64,000 nt of DNA from Tubulanus polymorphus (lineage: Eukaryota > Animalia > Nemertea). Below the pieces are notes generated by a model. It searched no databases, was not told where the DNA came from, and was given only the letters and a program-made list of their open reading frames with translations. How positions within the stretch are numbered: position 1 is the stretch's first letter; every line of letters starts with the position of its first letter. Where the stretch lies: positions 11,429,947-11,493,946 of the forward strand of contig NC_134030.1 in the NCBI RefSeq assembly GCF_964204645.1. The letters run 5' to 3'. Shown in pieces: positions 12,401 through 24,400 of the stretch. The translations under genes were made by a program, and so were the position numbers.

Positions 12401-15400
12401 AGGGATGTTTTATACCTGAGACAGGTATTTTTGATCAGCCAATTATGACGCAATTGGCGACCATCTTGGTTTCATCAGTACTCATTCGTAGGTGGGAAAA
12501 TGTTTTTCCACATTATATTGATACCTAAGCGTATTTTGTTACCACAATCAATTAGAAACTTGTAGCTCATAACGTGTTCTATGATTTTGGTGAGTTTCAA
12601 GGTCATTGGTTTTTGTATATGGCCACCAGGGGGCATTGAATAATACAATATCTTAATATTTCTATATTATATTTGTATCAACGCATATTTTGTAACCACA
12701 ATCAATTGCAAAGTTGTAGCTCATGACATAATCTATGATTGTGGCTTGTTTTAAGGCCATCAGTTATTCTATATGGTCACCGGGGGGCGTTGAATAGTAG
12801 AATAACTTAGTATTTCCTTATTATATTGGTACCCAGGCATACAGTCAAATCCCATTATACCGCCAACATCGGGATCACGGAAATTTTGGCGTTATAACGG
12901 GATAGGCGGTATAGCAAGAGTTCACTAAAACTTCCCATTTTTCCATCAAATTTTGTGCAATATGTCAAAATAAATAAAGAATAACAATAAAGACCAACAA
13001 ATTACTTGTTTTTATGGACTCTTCAAACACAAAATATTACGGCCAATAGGCAATATTACTAATTGATCCGCTGGAGGCAAACGGCACTGAAAGAATGCAG
13101 CGTGCACGTGTTTGTCAATTAAAATCCATCACCGATTTTTAGCCCACTTGGGACTTTAGTCCCAGCAGGCTATTGCGTTCACTTTTCGTCCGTCCGTCCG
13201 TCCGTCCGTCCGTCCGTCCGTCCGTCCGTTTGTACGAATGAACCCTTGTGCAACTTTAATACCTTGTGCAACTTTATAAACAATGTAAATTTCTACAGAT
13301 GATTTTATGTTATAAAGTGTTTGATTTTCACCAGAATGTTGATTTAGTATCTTCTAAAACATATTAATAAGACATAATGACAAAAAATTATCTTAGAATT
13401 CTTTTCCGCTGTCAAAATAATTGCATTACATTAATGATTCCACAGAAAGTTGCACAATCCCTTGGACAAAAATGCATGGACAGATCTCTATGGACTATGG
13501 ACATTTTCAGGAAGTGCTGTCCTCTACAGGAGGATAAAGTTTTTGATGAGAAAGTTGCAGAAAGCTTTTCACTGAAAGTTACATAGGGATTATTACCTAA
13601 AGTTGCAGAAGGTCTCATGGACATGATAAAGTTGCAGAGGGCCATGGACAGTTTACAGTGTGTAATGTCTGCACATAATGTTATGTTATGCCAAAATCTA
13701 CTCACTATAGATTTAATTTCCTTAATTGGATATTTCCTCTGAACTTTTGACCAATTTTGCATGACGTATTTGAATTTTGAATTTTTGAATTGTAAACAGC
13801 TTTCAGATATTGAGTCATATGCGGTATCATTGGGGATTTATGTCCATTAGGTTGACAATCCATTATTATTATTTTTTAGTTGTCAAGACATTGCATATAA
13901 ATCTCATTCAGCCAAAAAGGTCTATTTAATCTACTCAGCGTAATTCATAGGGAAAGAGCAAATTGATCTGAAGTGTTTGTTCCTGCCGACCACTGTCTGT
14001 GTTAATTGAAAAATACTGCACATATTGTATGTATCTTTGCAATTTGTATAATTTTAAGACGAGAAATGGAGCTTCAGGCTTGTTAGAATGAACAAATCTA
14101 ATTAAAAAGTGGCAATATTTTGAGAAAAAATTATCTCCTATTTACCAATTTTTCTTACGAATTACTCTTAGAAGATATTTTGCCTTCTTATTCTACCTCA
14201 CAAAACACTAATCCAAACTGAGTGTTTTCATGAGTACTAGTACAAATAGTTTCAACAATTGCTACCAAGGGCAATTTTGAATGCCTATTGCCTGAAATAT
14301 GATGCTCTCTCGAATGTATGACTGTTAGGCCGGTGCAATCACAATGATGATGATTAGATAGATGTTTTTCTCACGTTTCGAGGTTTTAACTAAATCCTAT
14401 TATCAATGAAATGAAAATTGTAATATAATCGTAATATGATTGTAATATAATCCAAAAAGCCCATGTCAATACGGCATTGAGCTGGCCGTATATTTTCTAT
14501 AGGTTGAACGCAGATTTGGCGCGTAGCAAGATGGCACTTTGTACGCTACACTCAACCAGGATGATTGGAGTAATTTATTCACGTATGTGGCCGATTTTTC
14601 AATAGTTATTAGCATAAGAAGCTACTAAAAAGAACGAAAATACTTATTAGCATTGTTAAACCCTAACTATCAACAATATGTGATGATGAATGTATTTCGC
14701 TGACATTAGATAGTTATCGCTGACATTAGATAGGTAGTTGTACACCAAATGGTCAAACTGCTGTTCGCTAGCTGGAGATTTGGTTCAGAATGGATTTTAA
14801 AATATATACAACACAATGATGATAGCTTGGAAGCACCATCTTTAAATCATTTTCAGTATCAGATTACTTTAAAGCTGTCTCACTAAGTGCAGAATCATGT
14901 GCAAACACCCCGAAAGTGTGGTATTCAAGCTAATTTGGTACCGGACAAGTATGTTACTTTGTAAGCCAAAAATCCTAAGTAAAAGCCACTTAAGAGACAA
15001 TTTCTAAGATTAGACAAAATAGGTACATAGACAACGATTATTTAGCAGTATGTTTATTCCAGATAATGTATGGAGATAAGACTTTGTTATAGGCCTAGGG
15101 TAACCCGTATTAGAGTTGAAAGTTTCCAGATTTTCTGTGATAATAGCTGATTCTATGTGTCAGTTTCTAAGGTCATTGCATGGATATAATCAGGGGCAGA
15201 TCTAGGATTTTTCAAGGGGGATGGCTGACAAGAATTTTGAAAAAGCCTCTGGGAAAATGGTGGAATTTGTCAGTATTTGTGCGATGGTTTCTGTGAAAAT
15301 TATGACAACCTGCTGAGCCATGGCCAGGATGAGGTGTTGATAATTTTGATGAGATTATTAGGGGAAGCAGGTAATTTCTCAAGTATTTGTCATGGTACTG

Positions 15401-18400
15401 TTTTGGGAAATTTTTGACACAGATTGGGAAAGAAGTCAAATAGTTATGATTGGGAAAATAATCGTTTATCGGATACATATACGGCCTAGCGGAATGGGTG
15501 GAGATACACTAACTCATCTACAACGGAATGGTTCGGTAAAGTAAGTGCAGATCCGCACCTCTCGTAAATGGTTCAATCAACTGTATTAAATATCACTATT
15601 TCACAGTCAAAATGTCATCAGCAATTCAGTACATAAGTGTATTTTATGATATCTTCACCTGGAGATCTCAAACTCGTATTGCTCGTAGCATAGTACGGCG
15701 TCATATAATAGGTATATAATACAATAAAGTCGCAATGCTACTGTTATTTTTGATTCTGAGGCAGCTAATAACATTCTTATTTCATCTTCTTAGAGGCTAT
15801 TGACACGAAGAAGCCCCTCGCAGAAAATTTTTATCTCCTATTCACCCCCCTTAGATCTACCCCTGATAATTAATTACCTGTGATTGAAATTGAAAATTTG
15901 ACCAGTTTCGAAGATACTATGATAAAACTATGAACTTTCAGGTTTATCATTCATGGAACATCTGTGTTCTTTTATTCATATGATGAGTAATCAGCCAGTT
16001 TCTCTAATAAAAACCTTTTCTTATTAACCACTGGGAATTTTATGTATACCGCATCTGATTAAGTCCTCAGGATTCTTTGTTTTAACATAAGATTACATAA
16101 GTGTAATATATCAGCAGGCCCTATTCTATTTGAGAGAGGAATTGTTTGATGTGCTTGAGTTCAGATTCTAAATATTATGAGTGATTGATCTTGTAGGAGA
16201 GATCTCTAAGGAGAGATTTGAAGCTACTCCAATTTTAATGTTCTGTTTCAAAGTAACAAAGATATATGTCGGCATGAGATTTGAGTGGGCTTCTGGACTT
16301 ATGTACCCCAATATACAGTCCTATATATGCGACCCAGGTTGTGTATGTCCCTGGTTCCATATTGCGTATTGTGGCTTTTTTTCTTATCTATCCCTCTCCA
16401 TTTGTAATTTGTGGTTGGAACATCTATATATACTGACCGAAATTCTTTGGCTTTGCGATAATGATGTGAGATATTTTCTAGCGTAAAGTCAGTTTTAGCT
16501 ACGAGCAATCATGATTGCTTGAGGTTTTAGGTATCTAGTCTAGAGGATGACATCCATTGATGTTATATACAGTTTGCCTAGCAGACTTTCTTTTCTCAAA
16601 TACAACAGCTTTACTTTTACTGATATAAATCACCAATTTCAACCTTTTACAATAAGTAATAGCATATCAAGGTTGTTATTGTTCATGAAAGCTGTTGTAA
16701 ATTGAAAATTGAATTGTGGTCATGGGAATTTGGCATTATCTACCTCAAGTAATCAAAACCATGTTAATAATTGTAATTTTGTAGTTTCCATTAAGAAAAA
16801 TTTTTTATATTGAATATACGTACATTTATGTGGATTGTTTATCCATAATGATTTATGAAACATAAATCGATCTCACTTGAAATGGCGACAAGAACGACTG
16901 TGTCCAATTAGATATGTTTGCATGATCAGTCAGTAATCAGGTTTTATTATGACGCCAAAAAAATTACTCCTTGTTGAGCCTAAAAGTTGACCCACCCATC
17001 TACCCTGTACATTACTTTTGAAAAAATCATGATCAAGCTAAGCACAACAGACCCAGCCCTGAAATGAACTGATTGCAAATTTTATTGCAGTTTTCAAAAG
17101 TGCTTACCTACATGTAAACATGGTTTAGCATGAATCGAATAATCGATTTCCTTGTCATCCAAAATGGATAAGACAAACTATTTGTCTAGATTACTGTATA
17201 AATCTAATACCTGTTGAGGCTTATATATGATGTTCTACATTTTTTTGATGTGTATATGATTTAAAACTACATGCAAACTAATATAGACCTAATGTGAAGT
17301 AGAATTATTAGGTAAGAGATCAAACATTTGTTATGAGTAGTCAGTTGCAGCGCTTTGATAAAAGTTGTGGCAACAATCACTCAATAAAATAATGAGACCA
17401 CAAGTTATGATTTCAGTTAAAGTATCCTATAAAATGCTATAATTTTAACATTTTATTACTCTTTCTTATTGAAAAGATTTGACGACTGGATTTTCCTGGA
17501 CACAACAATCTATAGTAAATCTAGGTTATTTTCAAATCAAGTAAAGAGGACGAATATTCTGTGACCAGCACATTTGACAGATTTTAAGATCAATAAACAT
17601 CATTCTACTTATATTGAAATGATATTGAATTTGAAAACTATATTTATCAGTTTGATGGTGATTAGGTGACCAGTTAACTTTAATTAAATTCATCCCGCTG
17701 AGACTCAGAATTTAGAATGGACCTGGGATGTTTCTGTCCACGCACACAGATTCAGTCCGTTCTAGATATTTGATCATTTAGTCTAAATTGGTTTGGTTTA
17801 AAATGAAACTGGCCCATTCGGAACAGATGTTTCACTTAGGTGAATGCTTGGTCTCTTCATGGACTAGAACATTTTAGAGTCCATGGTCTGTTCTAAATCA
17901 GTGAGGTCAAATTTAGACCCTTCTAAAACTATTGTGAATGTGGCTTATAAAACCATCTGGAGAAATGTATGATCTTTTCTATATTGACCCTGTTAAACTT
18001 TCATACATCCATAGACCTAATGAAACTTAATCAGTATGTTAACTTTTTATGGTTTTTCAACCAGGGATATTAACAGAATATCAATATTTTAATAATAGTT
18101 ATTCTCTATGAATACTCAATGAAGACATCTAGAATATACAATCTGGGTGGGGATTTATTGCTTTGTAACTTTTAGGACTGATTCATGTGAATAAGATCTT
18201 TAATGAAGCTTCAAGTTGCAAGAAATTCTGTTCACATTTGATAATCAGGTTTTGAAAGGTTCTGCTTCAATTCAAAGTGAAGTTGTTTTGTTATTTGTCG
18301 AAACAAATTGATGTTGAGACAAACTGTTCTGTGAACCTATGATCATGGTGATAAAATCTCATTGGGGGCAAATCTATATAATTACTGGGTCAAAGACAAA

Positions 18401-21400
18401 CATTCCCACAAGACAGTATTAGTTATATAGTACCACACAACAGCATAGTGCTCACACACATATACAGACACATTCTACTGCCAGAAAGTGGAATGAATCT
18501 CCTGGGATTTTGAGGATTTAAAATGGGGACTCAAATGAATTACTATCTCCTCTAAGATGAACTATAGTCCCCTGTGTACATGCATATTTGTGACTTAACA
18601 ATAAAAAGTCTAGAGTTCATGCAAACTGGTTATTAACTGACTATTAAGAACAATATTTTCCCTTTTAATTTAAGTATGTATTTTGAGGATATAAATTCAG
18701 GACTCAGACGAATTCCTATCTCCTTTTTGAGAAACTATAGTCCCCTGTGTACATTCAAAGATTTGTGACTAAACAAAAGTCTAGTGTTCACACAAACTGT
18801 TAATTAATTGGTTATTTTCCCTTTTAAAGTATATATTTTGAGGATTTAAATTCGGGACTCAAACGATATACTATCATCATTACTACTTTCATGCAAACTG
18901 GTTATTAACTGACTATTAAGAACAATATTTTCCCTTTTAATTAATGTATGTATTTTGAGGATTTGAATTGTTCTATTTTCCTTACACATTTCTATGTGTA
19001 AGTAAGTATATATCCATATATCAAATGAAACGAAGGATTTAGAAATGAGGTTCCGTTTATATTGAATTAAAAGGATTTGTCATAGTTCCTTGCACTCAAA
19101 AATGTATAAGTCAAAATATCTATGTAACCATATAAATCTAATGAATGTTGAGGCGTCTATTTGATGTGTTTAACACTTCCCTACAAGTATATAATAAAGC
19201 TACATTTAATTTATAAGGAACGTTATATTAGACTGATATATCATACTTTAAAGAAAGGATTTGTTGGATATCCTTGTCGCAAGGAAAATATATGACAAGA
19301 TATCTACATAAAAGTTTAAATCTAATCTGTGTTCAAGCTTGTATTTGATACTATCCTACATGTAAATGACAAATTTCTATTCAATTTAATATAATATGAA
19401 GCAGAAGTATTCCCAAATAGGTGGTCAAACATTTGTTCTGGGTAGTCTGTTTGTGGAAACAGTCACTCCTCAAATGAAAGATCAGATTAACCCTATTATT
19501 TCAAAAAGAATTATCCGATAGAATGCTATTACTTGTTAATGATTCATCAGGGTAATAAAATGTTCTGAATTCAATCACCTGTCTATAAAACAAACTACAA
19601 AAATGTAAGAAACCTATCATCACTTTATGAGATTGTTTAAATTCTGAGAGCTTTCCAAGTAGGAGTACAATTGGAATAACAAAATTGATTTTATTTTATT
19701 TCATTTCATTTTTCTCTCTTTAAATAAATATAATCTATTAAGGCATCTGAAGAATATACGATTTTGATGGTCATTATTATACCTGAAAAATACTTGTGTC
19801 TTATCCAACTACCTGTGCAACTCTAGGACCGATAATCTAAATGCAGTTTTTATGAATACTAGACAAACTTCAATCCAAGAAATTCTATTTGCTTTAAATG
19901 ATCAGATTCTCTCTTCAGTATCTCAAAAATTTACAATTTGTATGGGTATGAGTTACCCTTGGAAAAACTTATCTTTTATCCAAGGACCTGTGCAACTCTC
20001 GGACGGATATATCTGAATACAGTTTTCTTGAATAATGTGTGAACTCCAACAGTTCAAACAATTCTCTTCATATTGAGTGATCAGATTTTGATATAAGGTG
20101 TTGCTCCTATTCAAAGAAAAGGATCTGTTTTATTTTGTTGTCTTAAAAAATGTATATGACAAAATATTTGCATAACCGTATAAATCTAATTCATGTTCAG
20201 GCTTATATGATCTGTTTGACAATTACCTACATGTACATGATAAGTTTACATTCAATTTGATATAATTATAATAGAAGATAATTGAAGTAGAAGTATTCCC
20301 CAATAGGTGGTCAAACATTTGTTCTGAGTGTAGTCAGTTGCAGCGCTTTTATAAAGTTCGTGGAAACAGTCATTCCTTAAATAAAAGATAAGATTTACCC
20401 CATGATTTCAATTGAAATTAACCAATAGAATGCTATAAATTTTAACATTGTGTCATTCTTTCTAAGGAAAACGTTTCATCAGTATAATAAGTTGTGTTAA
20501 ACTTAATTAAAACTAACTTCACAAAAATCATAGCATTTTCTTTTACAGACTCCATTTGTCCATTTGTACCTTAATAGTGGCCATAGGACTCTGAAACATC
20601 TCAGGCTGTTAGGGAAAGGTTAAATCTAAGTGTACAAAGTTTAAAAAGGGCCTTAGACCCTTGGTTGCGGAGCCAGAAACTTTCTTGCGCGGCCATACCA
20701 GGGACCTCACGCTGCCACGCAACCACTTTTCCAGGTGTCGGAGGACCCTTTAGAGAGGACCCTTTTTAGACTCTGAAATTTCTCGGGTATCAAGAAGGGT
20801 TCCTATTGTACGTACAGAACTATTAAAACCTTTGGCCGTGGGACCGTTGAGCCTATGCGTCCCTGCCAAAACCATGAAAATGAGTGTCGGAGATCGAGAG
20901 CTAAAAAGCTACCCCCTTCTAACTTCTCGGGCGACCCTTTAGAAAACTCTTAGCACCCTCCAATATTTTTTTAGTTAGGGGGAGATCTTATTTAAGGGTA
21001 CGGGGCTTACAAAGGACCCTTGACTTATTCGCAGAGCAGAAAAATTTTCCGGGGATGCGCTCCACCCTTTAGAGAGGGCCTAGGGCTCTAAAACTTCTTG
21101 CATATTTAGACGGGGTCCTATCGTACATATAGAACCATTAAAAGCTTTGGGCGGGGGAATGTTGAGCCTAGGCGCCCCATGCCCAAACTGCGAAAATGAG
21201 TGTAGCAGATAGTTGAAAATACACTAAGATGATCCCGGAAAAGCGAAGGGCAACCCTTGATAGTGGCCCTAGGGAATCTGAAACTTCTGAGGCACTTAGG
21301 GGAAGGTCTAATCGAAGTGTGCAAAGCTTAAAAAAAGGCCCTTAGACCATGGGTTGCGAAGCCAGAAACGTCGTGCGGCCATACCAGGGGTCTCTGGCAG

Positions 21401-24400
21401 CCGCACAACCACATTTCGGGGGGGGGGGGGGGTCGGAGGACCCTGTAGAGAGGGCCTAGGGTTCTGAAACTTCTCGGATATTTGGAAGGGGTTTAGTAAG
21501 TATAGAACCATTAAAACCCTTGGCCGGGGGTCCGTTGAGAATTTTTTGCTGGGGTCTGATGCACCTAGTTGTCCCCTGCCCAAACTGCGAGAATGAGTGT
21601 CGGAGATAGACTGAAAATACACTACATTGAGACCTGAGAAGCCACCCCCTTCTTACTTCTTGGGTGACCTTAATAATGAACCTAGGGATCCGAATCGTCT
21701 TATGCGCCTAGGGGAGTGTCTATTCTAATTAAAAAAGGGCCTTAGACCCTTGGTTTTTGGGTGAGAAACTTTGTCACGCAGCCATACCAGGGGTCTCTGG
21801 CAGCCGCACAACCACATTGCGGGGGGTCGGAGGGCCCTTTAGAGAAGGCCTAGGGCTCTGAACCTTCTCCGGTATTTAGAAGGGGTCCTATCATACGAAT
21901 AGAACCTTTAAAACCCTGGGCCGCGGGTCTGTTGAGCCTAGGCGCCTCCTGCCCAAACTGCGAAAATGAGTTTTTTGAGATTAAGAGCTGAAAAGGGACC
22001 CCCTTCTAACTTCTCGGGTGACCCTTTAGAAAGCTCTTAGCACACTCAAATTTTTTAGACAGAGGAGGGTCGCTAAGTGTGCAAATCATTAAAAAGGGCC
22101 CTAGACCCTTGGTTGTGGAGCGAGAAACTTCGCGCGGCCATACCAGTGGTCTCTGGCCGCAGCGCACGACCACGAAAAGCGAACCCCTTCTAACTTCTCG
22201 GCCGACTTTGTAGAAAGCTCTTAGCACCCTACAATATTTTTTTAGATAGGGGATGGTCTTATCTAAGTGTACAACGCTTAGAAAATGACCCTAGACTCTT
22301 ATTTGCGGTGCAGAATTTTTTTGCTGGGGTCCGATGAGCCTAGTCATCCCCTGCCCAAACTGTGAAAATGAGTGTTTGAGATAGTTGAAAATACACCAAG
22401 TTGTGACCTGAAAAGTGACCCCCTTCTTACTTCTCAGGCGACCCTCTAGGGTTCTGAAACTTCTCAGGTATTTAAAAGGGGTCCTAAGGTATAGAACCAT
22501 TAAAACCCTGGGGCTGGGGGCCCGTTTAGCCTAGGCGCCTCCTACCAAAACCTCATAAATGAGTGTCAGAGATAGTTGAAACCTGAAAATTGACCCCCAT
22601 CTAACTTCTCTGGCGACCCTTGGCAGGCAAATAAGTTAGGCTCTTATCTAAGTGTACAAACTTAGAAAATGCACGCACAACCTTCCATTGAGTAGCAGCG
22701 CCCCCTATATTTTTGGTTAACTAAGTAAAATAGGGACTTCAAACAAACTTTTAACGAGTCAGACGACTTGAAGAATGTAAAAAAGAGTCGAAATAGCGTC
22801 TGCAAAACGGGTTTATCTGAAAACCGGACATAGTTATTAGCTTAAGAAATTTTTGAAAAACTTGGAAAAGCAATGTTGGCCTTTGGTTCCCTAGTCATTT
22901 TCTTATGATAGCGATAATAACTAAACTAGGGCTAAACTGGATTATTCTTTTCAATCGTTTTTCTCCTATCATAAGTTTTCATTTGACACCGAGTTTTAAA
23001 GTTAACCTTCAAAAATAAAAAAGTTATGGACGTTTTTGTGATTTAAAAATTTAATTATTTGTCTATGAAACTAATTTCACAAAAATCATAGAATTTTCTT
23101 GTACAAAATCATTTTGTCCATAGACCTTGTGCAACTTTATGAAATTGCTTAATATATATGAGGGCATTACAATTTGGATTGTTATTGAATATCGGAATTA
23201 ATTTCATTTTATTGCAATTCTTTTATATAGATATACTCTACTAATGTATCTCTAACAATACAATTTGTATGGGTATGAGTAACCCTTAATCAAAACTTAT
23301 TTTTTGTCTAAGGACCTGTGCTACTTTTGGACAGGAATACAGTTTTCCTAAATAATGTACAAACTCGAATGATTCCAACAATTCACTTCATATTGAGTGG
23401 CCAGATTTTGATATTAGGTGTTGCATCTATTCATAGAAAAAGATATGTCTTATTTCGATATCTCAAAAGATGTATAAGAAAAATTTCTACATAACCGTAT
23501 GAATCTTATGCGTTTTCTGGCTTCTATTTGATCTGTTCGAAACTTACCTACAGGTACGTAAAAAATTTTAATTCAATTTGATATAATTTGAAGTAGAAGT
23601 ATTCCCAGATAGGTGGTCAAACATTTGTTCTGAGTATAGTCTGTTGCAATGCTTATATCAAGTTCGTGGAAACAGTCACTCGTCATATAAAAGATAAAAT
23701 TTACCCCATGATTTCAATCAAAATCAACCAATAGGATTCTAGAACTTTTGACATTGTTTTACTCTTTCTAACGAAAATGATTCATCAGGGTAATAAGTGG
23801 TTTTGAATTTAGTTATTTGTCTTTAAAACTAACTTCACTAAAATCATAGAATTTTCTTGTATAAAATCATTTTGTCCATAGACCTTGTGCAACTTTATGA
23901 AATTGCTTAATTTCTGAGGATTGCTATGAAAATATCGGAATTAATTTCATTTTATTGCAATTCTTTTGTATCAATATCCCCTACTAAGGTATCTCTAACA
24001 ATACAATTTGTATGGGTATGAGTTACCCTTAATCAAAACTTAGTTTTTATTCAAGGACCTGTGCAACTTTCGGGCGGGAATACAGTTTTCCTGAATAATC
24101 TACTAACTCGAATGGTTCAAACAATTCTCTTCATATTGAGTGGCCAGATTTTGATATTAGGTGTTGCATCTATTCATAGAAAAAGATATGTCTTATTTCG
24201 ATGTCTTAAAAGATGTATAAGAAAAATTTCTACATAACCGTATGAATCTTATGCGTTTACTGGCTTCTATTTGATCTGTTCGAAACTTACCTACAGGTAC
24301 GTAAAAAATTTTAATTCAATTTGATATAATTTGAAGTAGAAGTATTCCCAGATAGGTGGTCAAACATTTGTTCTGAGTATAGTCAGTTGCAATGCTTATA

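Noticed and set aside
13377-13762. ORFs at the left end of the giant element as its transposase or recombinase
   Set aside because: Short, with no DDE or tyrosine-recombinase motifs, and overlapping the motif cluster.
14679-14725. C/D box snoRNA (TGATGA...CTGA)
   Set aside because: Too short, and the CTGA copies come from a ~20-bp tandem duplication.
17700-17945. Harbinger-like MITE inside the giant element
   Set aside because: Only a right-end-like sequence is visible; no left TIR or TSD.
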